Part shown: positions 55,907 through 64,000 of the stretch, in pieces
Layout of the letters: every line of letters begins with the position of its first letter
How positions within the stretch are numbered: position 1 is the stretch's first letter
Origin: an uncultured Pseudomonadota bacterium
GTDB taxonomy: Bacteria; Oederibacteriota; Muellerivitia; Muellerivitales; Muellerivitaceae
DNA length: 64,000 nt
Assembly: GCA_963836235.1 (NCBI GenBank)
Contig: CAWIIP010000005.1
Span: 69,353 to 133,352, forward strand
Direction of reading: 5' to 3'
Notes under the pieces: model-generated
Seen by the model: only the letters and a program-made list of their open reading frames with translations
Databases searched by the model: none
What the model was told of the DNA's origin: nothing
Program-made: the position numbers and the translations under genes

Positions 55907-57257
55907 TTTTCTCCTCCCCCGAACTTTCCTGCCAACCCTTTTTGAATTTTGTCTTTTCCCATTGACGAATCCAAAAATCCAAGTCAAAAGGTTGGGGAAA
56001 CTCCAGTTCCCCCGCCGGATAAGGGCGTCCCCCTTTAAGAACCAGTTTTAATGTCCGGAAATACTGCGGGTCTTTTAATGGATCGTGTTGATAAAGAGCC
56101 AAATCGGCGAATTTCCCTTTTTCAACCGTACCTAGTTTCTCTTCCATTCCCAATAGTTTCGCCGCGTCCCGAGTGGCCATTTTCAAACACTGGAAAGGAG
56201 TCAACCCCGTGGATTGCAAATCTTTCCATTCTTTTACGGAAACGCCAAAAGGCATGTGGGGATTCCCCGCGTCCGTTCCGTAAGCTACTTGGCCTCCGAG
56301 ACTCAAGAACCTCTCCAGGTTTTTTTGGCATTGGTGGTGCCCCGCCCTAAACCCATGCTGGCAATACTGACCGAAAGGATGATCAGCCCGGCGTTTCCAC
56401 TCTTCCGCCCAACCCGCATGGGCGTGAAGTGTCGGAATGATCACGACTTTCCTTTTAATGGCTTCCTTCCAAAGATCATCGGAAACGGGGCGGGCTGGAA
56501 TGTGTGCCACTTCATTAACACCACTTTTCACGCAAACTTCAAAATCATCCTCATTGGTGATGTGGGCGGTAACCCGTTTGGAATGAGTGTGGGCCGCGGT
56601 CACGATGGCCGAAACCTCTGTCTCCGAAAGACAAGCGCCCAACTCATGTTCCATCCCCAGTTTAATAATATCCACACCCATTCCAATCAATTTTTTAACT
56701 TTATCCTGAGATTGGTAGCGCCCCTGGACGGGTGCCGAAACTTTGGGACCCCAAACGTTTTCAGGATAACCTTTGGGACAGGTTAAAACAGGCCCGGAAA
56801 TAAAAATTCGCGGCGCGGCAATGAGCCCCGATTGCTCCTTGGCCTTCCAAGCGAGCGCGTCAAAGATATCACTGGCAAGATCCCTGACGCTGGTAACACC
56901 ATTCTTTAAAAAACTCGATAGAGTTTTTTCGTCCACGAGGCCGTGGACATGCAGGTCAATTAAACCCGGAAGAACAAAAAGTCCACGACCATCAATGACT
57001 TCCACCGCCTGATAGGCCGGGGCTTTGGAATGGTTCCCGGCATATATTATTTTTTCCCCCGATACGAGGATGGTGGAATTCGCGGCAGCCTTATCTTTGG
57101 CGCCGTCATAGAGAGTCACATTTTCAATTGCGGTGTTAATTTGAAGCATAGAACCCCAAAATCCATCCATGGATTTGTGCGGACAAGTCAAACAATCAAC
57201 ATCATTTTCATTCGGAGCGAGAAGGCTTTGGCCAAAGAAAGTCGGAGTCCCTATCAT
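55899..57257 (-). CDS. Amidohydrolase-family metal-dependent hydrolase
   Basis: VIDGRGLFVLPGLIDLHVHG carries the HxH metal ligands. AYGTDAGNP carries the distal Asp. The N-terminal ~45 aa may be a signal sequence or an over-extension. Confidence 0.7.
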   Translation of the reverse strand: MIGTPTFFGQSLLAPNENDVDCLTCPHKSMDGFWGSMLQINTAIENVTLYDGAKDKAAANSTILVSGEKIIYAGNHSKAPAYQAVEVIDGRGLFVLPGLIDLHVHGLVDEKTLSSFLKNGVTSVRDLASDIFDALAWKAKEQSGLIAAPRIFISGPVLTCPKGYPENVWGPKVSAPVQGRYQSQDKVKKLIGMGVDIIKLGMEHELGACLSETEVSAIVTAAHTHSKRVTAHITNEDDFEVCVKSGVNEVAHIPARPVSDDLWKEAIKRKVVIIPTLHAHAGWAEEWKRRADHPFGQYCQHGFRAGHHQCQKNLERFLSLGGQVAYGTDAGNPHMPFGVSVKEWKDLQSTGLTPFQCLKMATRDAAKLLGMEEKLGTVEKGKFADLALYQHDPLKDPQYFRTLKLVLKGGRPYPAGELEFPQPFDLDFWIRQWEKTKFKKGWQESSGEEKNG

Positions 57258-57277
57258 TAATCCATTTTGATCCGTGG

Positions 57278-58159
57278 CTATGGTTGTGGTTTTTCAAAAA
57301 TTCCATTTAACAAATAAGCCAGCCTAACTCCAGCCTTTTCCAACTGATCGTCCACGATCAAACGCATCTTACCCGAATAGTAGTCTTCCGGCAGATCCTT
57401 TCCCCACCGATTCCGTTCTAAAAGCTGACCTTCGGGAAGTTCCTTGTAAATCTTGTTTTGGGCCGTAAGAAAACTTTCATAGGCCCAATCAGATGCCTTT
57501 CCTTGGGCCCAATTTTTCTCATCCCCTGGTTTGATTTCCTTCTCTAACCGGGAAGCAAGCCAGCGTGGGTTTTCATTGGCTTTAGGCTGAAGAAGATTGT
57601 CCCAAAAACTGTGGAATTCGATCCAGGAATAATGACGTGAACGTCCACGGGAACCATGATACCGAAACCATTTATCGTTTCCGCCGCGATCATGATCATC
57701 CGAGCAATGAAGAGGCTGATGAATATCCCCCATGAAATGGACAAGGAACTTCAGCGCTTCTTTCTTATCCCTGGGCGAGGCAAAAGGTTCCCGGAGGACC
57801 ACTAGATCTTTCTCGATTTGGTCAACGACACAATCATGGTGGGGACAAACATCAGAAATGTCATATTCGCTCTGGTCTTGGCGAACATCCAGGTTGAAAA
57901 AATGCCACGACGCGGTTTCAGGCCTCGCTCTCACAATAGCATCCGCCCAGGTGGAAACGCTCACCAAATCCTCTTCTGGCCCCAGAATTCCCGCCACCGC
58001 TCTTTGGGTGTCGAGAGTCAATCGGTCCTGGGCGATATAAGCCACAGTCTGGTGCCCCACACGCCCCCAGGCCCCAACTCGGGACGCGATCGGCATAATC
58101 ACAGCCGCAATCAAAGAGATATTCAAGCATGCTTTAACCCGCAATAGAATTTCTCCCAA
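57278..58159 (-). CDS. S1/P1-family nuclease (secreted)
   Basis: The mature N-terminus WGRVGHQTVAYIA matches S1-P1 nuclease Zn-ligand Trp/His. Conserved HFMGDIHQPLH and a signal peptide are present. Confidence 0.7.
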   Translation of the reverse strand: MGEILLRVKACLNISLIAAVIMPIASRVGAWGRVGHQTVAYIAQDRLTLDTQRAVAGILGPEEDLVSVSTWADAIVRARPETASWHFFNLDVRQDQSEYDISDVCPHHDCVVDQIEKDLVVLREPFASPRDKKEALKFLVHFMGDIHQPLHCSDDHDRGGNDKWFRYHGSRGRSRHYSWIEFHSFWDNLLQPKANENPRWLASRLEKEIKPGDEKNWAQGKASDWAYESFLTAQNKIYKELPEGQLLERNRWGKDLPEDYYSGKMRLIVDDQLEKAGVRLAYLLNGIFEKPQP

Positions 58160-58211
58160 ATAAAAAAGCCCGGGATTTTTCCCGGGCTTTGAGAATTAAG
58201 TTCGCTTTTTC

Positions 58212-59312
58212 TTACCGCGCCTTTACAGGCTCCCCGGCTTTGGCGTACTTGGCGATAAAAGTTTCCACCAACTCATGGGCCTCTGCGTCCGAATATTGGA
58301 CCGGAGGTGTTTTAAAGAAATAAGAAGACGGACCTTCTAAGGAGCCCGCCAATTTCGAATCCAATGCCAATTTACAGCAACGGATGGCATCAATACCGAC
58401 TCCGGCGCTATTGGGAGAATCCCATACTTCTAATTTCAATTCGATCGTCACGGGTACATTCCCAAATTCCCTACCTTCCAAACGGATATGGGCCCATTTG
58501 CGGTCCTGCAACCAAGGAACATAATCCGAAGGGCCTATATAAATGTTGTCCGGATCAATGGGATGGGATAATTGACTGACCACGGCGCCGGTCTTGGAGA
58601 TTTTCTTAGATTCCAACCGTTCTCGTTCCAACATATTCTTGAAATCCATATTTCCACCGAAATTCAATTGGGACGTGCGGTCCAAAGTGACGCCCCGATC
58701 AGAAAACATCTTGGCTAGTATTCGATGGGTGATGGTGGCGCCAACTTGGGCCTTGATATCGTCGCCTAAGATCGGCAGGCCCGCTTGCTCGAATTTCTTA
58801 GCCCAAGCGGGATTGGAGGCGATAAAAACCGGCATGCAGTTGACTACCCCGACTCCCGCCTTTATGGCTTCATTCATATAAAACTTCGTGGCTTCCTCAC
58901 TCCCCACTGGAAGGTAATTGATAAGGACATCGGTTTTAGTTTCTTTGAGGATTTGGGCAATGTCGGCTGGCTTTTCAGCGGATTCCGTGACGACTTCCCG
59001 GTAATACTTGCCAAGACCATCATAAGTATGGCCGCGATAAACCTTGATACCCAGCTTGGGAACATCACAAAACTTGATAGTATTATTGATGGGAGTAAAA
59101 ATGGCCTCTCCCAAGTCTTTGCCGACTTTGTTGGAGTCCACGTCGAAGGCGCAGGAAAACTCGATGTCACCCACGTGGTATTTGCCCAAACGCACGTGCA
59201 TCAGCCCTGGGACAAACCCCTCTTCTTCGGCGTTTTGATAAAAACGGACACCCTGAACCAAAGAAGAAGCGCAACAGCCAACGCCCACGACCGCAACCCG
59301 AATTTTAGCCAT
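58212..59312 (-). CDS. myo-Inositol-1-phosphate synthase (bacterial/archaeal short type)
   Basis: [21 protein letters not shown] is the NAD-binding Rossmann start typical of MIPS. 366 aa. Confidence 0.8.
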   Translation of the reverse strand: MAKIRVAVVGVGCCASSLVQGVRFYQNAEEEGFVPGLMHVRLGKYHVGDIEFSCAFDVDSNKVGKDLGEAIFTPINNTIKFCDVPKLGIKVYRGHTYDGLGKYYREVVTESAEKPADIAQILKETKTDVLINYLPVGSEEATKFYMNEAIKAGVGVVNCMPVFIASNPAWAKKFEQAGLPILGDDIKAQVGATITHRILAKMFSDRGVTLDRTSQLNFGGNMDFKNMLERERLESKKISKTGAVVSQLSHPIDPDNIYIGPSDYVPWLQDRKWAHIRLEGREFGNVPVTIELKLEVWDSPNSAGVGIDAIRCCKLALDSKLAGSLEGPSSYFFKTPPVQYSDAEAHELVETFIAKYAKAGEPVKAR

Positions 59313-59344
59313 AACCTCAGGAACCTCCCGACAAGATGACAGCT

Positions 59345-59896
59345 TTACCTGCTTTTAACATTCTGCGTTTTAGTCCAGACCCAATGTACCCGTTGGGCCA
59401 CTGTCACCAAGGACAATATTCCTACGACTTCCAGGGCCAATATCGGTTTGGCGAAAAAAAAACCGAGCGCCAGCAGGATGACTCTTCCTGGCCGGGGTAA
59501 CCACCCGACCTCGCAATCAATGCCAAGCCCTTCCGCCCGAGCCCTTGTATAGGAAACCAACAGGGACAATATACAGACGCCAAAAGCCAATAAAAAAACC
59601 TGAGGATTCTGGTGTTGGTAATAATACAATAGAAATCCGCCAAAAACGACCGCTTCCGACACCCGGTCCAAAGTGGAATCCCAAAACGCCCCAAAAAGCT
59701 TCGGTTGCCCGTTATTCCGGGCTAAAGATCCATCAAGGACATCAAAGAATCCGGCCCCCAAAAGCCAAAGCCCCGAGGGGATCCATCTTTCCTTTAAAAA
59801 CTCAACGGGCACCATGAAGGTCACCAAAGCCCCAGTAAAAGTCACCGTATTCGGTCCTATATGCATGGCGCTTAATACCCCACAAAAGGGTTTCAA
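59345..59896 (-). CDS. CDP-alcohol phosphatidyltransferase (candidate phosphatidylinositol-phosphate synthase)
   Basis: CDP-OH_P_transf motif [30 protein letters not shown] (D-x2-DG-x2-AR...G-x3-D-x3-D). 183 aa with 5-6 TM helices. It is adjacent to MIPS. Confidence 0.75.
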   Translation of the reverse strand: MKPFCGVLSAMHIGPNTVTFTGALVTFMVPVEFLKERWIPSGLWLLGAGFFDVLDGSLARNNGQPKLFGAFWDSTLDRVSEAVVFGGFLLYYYQHQNPQVFLLAFGVCILSLLVSYTRARAEGLGIDCEVGWLPRPGRVILLALGFFFAKPILALEVVGILSLVTVAQRVHWVWTKTQNVKSR

Positions 59897-59965
59897 AGTA
59901 TTGTCAATCCATGTTTTAAGCCGACTTTTCTTTTTGGAAGGTCTCTTGATAAAAATCTCCTGGAA

Positions 59966-60703
59966 CTACTTCAGCGAAAACCGTTCGCCCAAGTAAATCT
60001 CGCGGGCTTTCTTGTTGGACGCCAATTTTGCTGCCGTACCCGAAAGAAGGATTTTTCCCTCGAACATGATATAGGCCCGGTCCACGATAGAAAGGGTTTC
60101 CCGAACATTGTGGTCCGTAATGAGGATTCCGATTTTCTTTTTCTTAAGAAAACGAATGATGACTTGGATATCCTGAACGGCGATGGGGTCGATACCCACA
60201 AAAGGTTCATCCAAAAGGATAAAATTAGGTTGGAGTACCAGGGCCCTGGCAATTTCCACCCGCCGCCTCTCCCCTCCCGACAAGGTATAGGCTTTTTGTT
60301 TGGATAGATGGGAAACTTTCAGCTCCTCCAATAACTCCTGTTTCCTTTTCTCTCGGTCTACTTTTGAGAGAGGTGTCAATTCGAGAATCGCCATTAGGTT
60401 CTCTTCCACCGAGAGCTTTCGGAAAATAGAAGCTTCCTGGGGAAGATAAGCGATCCCCATCCTAGCTCGTTTGTACATGGGCATATGGGTAATGTCATGG
60501 GCTTGGCCCTCTTCCTCAAAAAAAACCAGGCCAGCGTCGGGAGCGATAAACCCAGTTGTCATATAAAAAGTAGTGGTCTTTCCGGCTCCGTTGGGTCCCA
60601 AAAGCCCGACGACTTCTCCTTGGTGGACTTCGATCGATACGTGATCCACCACTTTTTTCTTGGAATAAAGTTTCACTAGATTTTGAGTCCGAAGAATTTT
60701 CAC
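59966..60703 (-). CDS. lptB: LPS export ABC transporter ATP-binding protein
   Basis: Walker [13 protein letters not shown] signature [15 protein letters not shown], Walker B ILLDEP. It sits adjacent to lptA/lptC-like genes and rpoN. Confidence 0.85.
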   Translation of the reverse strand: MKILRTQNLVKLYSKKKVVDHVSIEVHQGEVVGLLGPNGAGKTTTFYMTTGFIAPDAGLVFFEEEGQAHDITHMPMYKRARMGIAYLPQEASIFRKLSVEENLMAILELTPLSKVDREKRKQELLEELKVSHLSKQKAYTLSGGERRRVEIARALVLQPNFILLDEPFVGIDPIAVQDIQVIIRFLKKKKIGILITDHNVRETLSIVDRAYIMFEGKILLSGTAAKLASNKKAREIYLGERFSLK

Positions 60704-60747
60704 CGGTACGGCCTCACGTTCATTTTTCAGGCTTTAGATAACATACT

Positions 60748-61698
60748 TCAAAACCCACCCGGATGCTGGGGTGAACCAGTATTATTCGGCATAATGGCAT
60801 TATTACCTAAACCGTTGGGATTCGTCATCGGGGCCGAAGGACTAGTAACCGTACTGGGACCAGAAGTCCCGGAAGTCGGGCTTCCGCCAAGCCCGGCTTT
60901 TTTATCCGTTTGAGTAGTCACAGGCTTTCCGTTGGGATTGAAAATAGCGTCGGCCATTCCTTCCACAAAAACGCTCCTATCTCCTCCCATAGTGGTAACA
61001 ATCCGCCGACCTGACAAAAGGCCATTTTCGGCATAAACCTTCGGATCATCTTCCAGGACGAACTTATCGTCTTGCGAAAGAAAAGTCGCCTTTTGGGCCT
61101 CCGCATGCCCGTCTTTATGAAGGATTTGGATATTTTGGTTGATAACCACCGTCTTTTTCTTGGAATCCACCTCCATTTGCCGCCCAGTAACCGTAACGGG
61201 ACTCCCGTTTTCATCCAAAGTGGTTAAAACCGGATGGTCGTGGGCCGTCATCAAATTCATAAGATCTTGGTATTCCAAATTCCCGCAAGTAAGAGTGATG
61301 CCCTGGCTCGAATCCACCACATAGACATGGCCGTTGGCGGTGGCCTCCCGATTATCTTCCATTGCATGGATCTCGTCGGATATCAGGACAATCTTGTCAT
61401 GTATAGCTTTCACATTGCCCGAAAAAAGGGTAAGCCCCTTGGGCTTGTCGAACATGAGCCGGTGGGATGAAATATTAACCGGTTTTTTGGACGAAATTTG
61501 CTGGTCTTTTTCAACTTCAAAAGCCGAAAGAAAAACAGCGGTCCCAAAAAAAGTCGCTATAAACGTAAATAAAAACCAAGTCTTGGAAAACGATGCGATT
61601 TTTTCAAAAAGGGCACAACGAACTAACCGATAGAATAGTATCGCCGTCCCTGATTCACGATCAGGTATCAAAATTTTTATTTTCTGTTTTAAAATCAT
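60748..61698 (-). CDS. LptA/OstA-N-like periplasmic LPS transport protein with Ser/Thr/Pro-rich C-terminal tail
   Basis: Hydrophobic N-terminus, then a beta-jellyroll-like OstA-N repeat region (HAMEDNREATANGHVYVVDS...ITLTCGNLEY...). Assigned by position between lptC and lptB. The true start is probably internal. Confidence 0.55.
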   Translation of the reverse strand: MILKQKIKILIPDRESGTAILFYRLVRCALFEKIASFSKTWFLFTFIATFFGTAVFLSAFEVEKDQQISSKKPVNISSHRLMFDKPKGLTLFSGNVKAIHDKIVLISDEIHAMEDNREATANGHVYVVDSSQGITLTCGNLEYQDLMNLMTAHDHPVLTTLDENGSPVTVTGRQMEVDSKKKTVVINQNIQILHKDGHAEAQKATFLSQDDKFVLEDDPKVYAENGLLSGRRIVTTMGGDRSVFVEGMADAIFNPNGKPVTTQTDKKAGLGGSPTSGTSGPSTVTSPSAPMTNPNGLGNNAIMPNNTGSPQHPGGF

Positions 61699-61712
61699 TT
61701 TAACCGTATTTT

Positions 61713-62375
61713 CTAAAAAGGTTTGGCTTTTGAAAAATCCTGGATCTCCTGCATATCCCTCACTTGAGTCCTTACGTCTTTATTAAAGCGGATGTTATTG
61801 AGTTGCGTATCGGCAACCAATCCAACGGCAGTGATATCGTCCATCCCCTTAAAAACATGGACCAATCCATCAGTTTTGATCTGGTCCGTATCCGGATCCC
61901 AGTTGAGCTTGTCGGTCTCCAGCTTCGATCCATTTTCCACGATCAATTCCACATGGCCTTCGGCTTGAGTGGCGTTAGTCTCCGTATTCACAATGGCGCT
62001 GTCGGCAGTCAGGGTTGAGACTAACTTATCCTTTTTATAGTACTGGGCATAAACATTGTCTGAGTAGGCTTGTTTTTGATTTTGGTACATCCTGGCCACA
62101 TCAGAAAACAACTCCCACCGCTTTTGACCTTGCACGGTGGAAACCAAGTGGAATTTTTCAATCGTGGCATCGGGAGAATTCGCCCCCTCGAACACTGTTT
62201 CAGGATTTGTGGGCGAGGGATCATTTTTGACCAATCCTAACGCCAAAATAACCATGGTCATAACCGCCGCCCCTAAAAGCCAAAAATACCTTTTAAGGCG
62301 GACAGATCGGGGTTCTTCCTCGGGGACTTCCGTAATAGGTTCCAAAGGAACTGAAAGATTTTTATTTTTCGGCAT
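61713..62375 (-). CDS. LptC-like membrane-anchored LPS transport protein
   Basis: Single N-terminal TM helix (YFWLLGAAVMTMVILALGL), then an ~180-aa periplasmic beta-rich domain. Assigned by its position upstream of the lptA-like gene. Confidence 0.55.
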   Translation of the reverse strand: MPKNKNLSVPLEPITEVPEEEPRSVRLKRYFWLLGAAVMTMVILALGLVKNDPSPTNPETVFEGANSPDATIEKFHLVSTVQGQKRWELFSDVARMYQNQKQAYSDNVYAQYYKKDKLVSTLTADSAIVNTETNATQAEGHVELIVENGSKLETDKLNWDPDTDQIKTDGLVHVFKGMDDITAVGLVADTQLNNIRFNKDVRTQVRDMQEIQDFSKAKPF

Positions 62376-62476
62376 TTACCAGCCCCTGTTCACAATTCAA
62401 TACTTCTTCCATAATTTGGACGCGCCCATCGGCAAAGGCGGGCTTATCCCGAGCGGAACCCCAAGTATACTCCTGA

Positions 62477-63445
62477 TCAAAAGGGCCAATCATCCTTCTT
62501 AGGCTTGGTTTTCCAACGTTCGTGCATCCACATCCATTGGTCGGGATAGGCCCGGACATAGGATTCAATGACTTCGGTATAGCTTTGGACGATTTCCAGA
62601 ATATCTTTTTCCTTATTTATCGTTTGGGGAACTTCTATTTCTTTTTCCACGAGAAGCTCATACTTCCCATCCTTTCCTCGAACCGCAAAGGCCGGCACCA
62701 AGGCAGCCCCGGTCTTTCGGGCGATCCGGGCTACCCCCGATTGGGTCCAAGCCAGTTTCCCAAAAAAAGGGACGAAGACACCCTCGTTCCCTGTGTCCTG
62801 GTCGCACAGAGCCAGGATAAACTGTTTTTCTTTTAACGCGTCCAAAATACCCCTCAAGGCCAATCCCCTCTTGATCATCAATGTGGCGCCCAACTTCTCG
62901 CTGCGAAACCAATTCACCAGATCGTCAAACCGCGGGTCATAAAGACTTTGGGCCAGCGCCGATCCCTTGCCTTGGGTGCCCAAATACCCCCCCAATAACT
63001 CCCAATTGCCCAAATGGGCGGTCACGACGAAAAGACCCTTGCCGCGCTTTAAGGCTTCTTCGAAATGTTCCAGCCCTTGAACCCGGACAACCTGGGACAC
63101 AATTTCCTCCCGGGTCCAATTCAATTGTCGAATGATCTCGAAAAGATTTTGACCCACCCGCGCCCACACGGCTTTTGCCAATTGCTTTTTTTCCATCTCT
63201 TTTAGTTGGGTAGGATAAGCCGTAGAAATGCTTTCAAGGGTTTTGCGCCTTTCATCTTCCGAAAAGGCAAAAACCAAGTTTCCAAATATCTTTCCCAAAA
63301 CGCTAACCCACTGCTCAGGCAAAAACAAAAGGATGGCGATAATCAGTTGAGCGGAGTAATAAATCAGGTGATTTTTGAATTTTTTCATATCATTTTTCTC
63401 TTCCCAACCGCTAAATGAATCACGTTTGGAAAACAACCAATTCAA
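62477..63445 (-). CDS. Lipid A biosynthesis lauroyl/myristoyl acyltransferase family (LpxL/HtrB-like)
   Basis: N-terminal TM helix. Acyltransferase HX4D-type motif VVTAHLGNWELLG. 322 aa. Confidence 0.7.
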   Translation of the reverse strand: MNWLFSKRDSFSGWEEKNDMKKFKNHLIYYSAQLIIAILLFLPEQWVSVLGKIFGNLVFAFSEDERRKTLESISTAYPTQLKEMEKKQLAKAVWARVGQNLFEIIRQLNWTREEIVSQVVRVQGLEHFEEALKRGKGLFVVTAHLGNWELLGGYLGTQGKGSALAQSLYDPRFDDLVNWFRSEKLGATLMIKRGLALRGILDALKEKQFILALCDQDTGNEGVFVPFFGKLAWTQSGVARIARKTGAALVPAFAVRGKDGKYELLVEKEIEVPQTINKEKDILEIVQSYTEVIESYVRAYPDQWMWMHERWKTKPKKDDWPF

Positions 63446-63473
63446 ATGGGTGGTTTAAATTGGACAAAAACCC

Positions 63474-64000
63474 TTAGATAAAAAGACTGTTCGCAGAGGA
63501 AGCTTTCTGGCTATTGGCCCGGTGAAAAAGTCTGACGGTTTGATTCCACCGACCCTGGGCCTTCAATATTTTTTCCACCACTTCCCGGAAAGCTCCTCCC
63601 CCCGCGGGAGTCCGCGTGACGTAATGAACGGCTTTTTTCACCTCAGAACGGCCATAAGGTACGGTAGCGGACCACCCCACTTGGGTTAAAAGGGGCAGAT
63701 CGATTAAGTCATCCCCCATATAAGCCACCTGGGAAAGTTTCAACCCAAGCTTTTGGCAGAGATTTTGGGCGACGGTCAGTTTGTCCAGCTTACCCTGATA
63801 AAGGAAGGGAACCTTCAAGTGCTTAGCGCGCTTTTCCACCGGTTTGGAAAGTCGTCCCGAGAGCCAGCCTACGGGAAGATTTCCATAGGCTGCCAAGCGA
63901 TGGCCAATACCATCTTGGATGTCAAACCCGACAAATTCTTCCTTGACGCCCAGGCAAACTTTTCCATCGGTTAATATCCCGTCGACATCTGTCAAAAGCA
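63474..64000 (-). CDS. kdsC: 3-deoxy-D-manno-octulosonate 8-phosphate phosphatase (HAD superfamily), 5' end beyond window
   Basis: DVDGILTDGKV is HAD motif I and YMGDDLIDLP is motif III, as in KdsC. The frame stays open to the window end, so the N-terminus is probably truncated. Confidence 0.8.
   Translation of the reverse strand, partial: LLTDVDGILTDGKVCLGVKEEFVGFDIQDGIGHRLAAYGNLPVGWLSGRLSKPVEKRAKHLKVPFLYQGKLDKLTVAQNLCQKLGLKLSQVAYMGDDLIDLPLLTQVGWSATVPYGRSEVKKAVHYVTRTPAGGGAFREVVEKILKAQGRWNQTVRLFHRANSQKASSANSLFI

Noticed and set aside
55907-55987. Longer N-terminal version of the small membrane protein overlapping the amidohydrolase gene
   Set aside because: The 27-residue extension is Arg/Lys-rich with no RBS and overlaps the upstream gene. 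An internal ATG at 55906 has a strong GGGGGAGGAG RBS and abuts the upstream stop.
1-64000. CRISPR arrays, tRNA or rRNA genes
   Set aside because: No short direct-repeat arrays with spacers were seen. No cloverleaf-like conserved tRNA sequences and no rRNA-like stretches appear in the non-coding gaps.

Overview
64-kb window from a Gram-negative (LPS-bearing) bacterium, probably an uncultivated lineage. The organism cannot be assigned from sequence alone. Coding density is about 90%. There are no rRNA or tRNA genes and no CRISPR array. The window has three parts.

(1) 1-6.3 kb: the 5' end of metK (minus strand), then a carbohydrate ABC importer (lipoprotein substrate-binding protein plus two permeases) next to a secreted GH3 beta-glucosidase.

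(2) 6.3-42.8 kb: a large accessory island dominated by membrane glycosyltransferases that would use polyprenol-phosphate sugars. It holds four PMT/ArnT-like GT-C enzymes, each with C-terminal PA14 lectin-like domains, three of them in tandem. It also holds two YfhO-like GT-C proteins, one DUF2723 (TMEM260-like) protein with TPR repeats, two Dpm1-like GT2 polyprenol-phosphate sugar synthases, a GT9 with an N-terminal 4-Cys motif, a GtrA-like/methyltransferase fusion, four further SAM-dependent methyltransferases and a fused MFS/spermidine-synthase-like protein. Three paralogous membrane-anchored NHL beta-propeller proteins and an NHL-SGNH hydrolase fusion sit among them. An IS5-family transposase remnant lies inside the island, as does a frameshift-disrupted (alpha/alpha)6 glycosidase-like gene. 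I read this island as a candidate, largely undescribed lipid-linked (probably mannose-type) protein or glycan glycosylation and sugar-methylation system. The NHL beta-propeller proteins may be its substrates or partners.

(3) 43-64 kb: a conserved envelope/regulatory cluster in the order kdsC-lpxL-lptC-lptA-lptB-[insert]-rpoN-hpf-ptsN-hprK-yvcK. Downstream on the same strand lies a mannose-family PTS (IIA, IIB, IIC, IID, HPr, EI) with a GH57 alpha-glucan enzyme embedded between IIB and IIC. A five-gene insert sits between lptB and rpoN: a CDP-alcohol phosphatidyltransferase, a myo-inositol-1-phosphate synthase, an S1/P1 nuclease, an amidohydrolase and a small membrane protein. The first two suggest inositol phospholipid synthesis.
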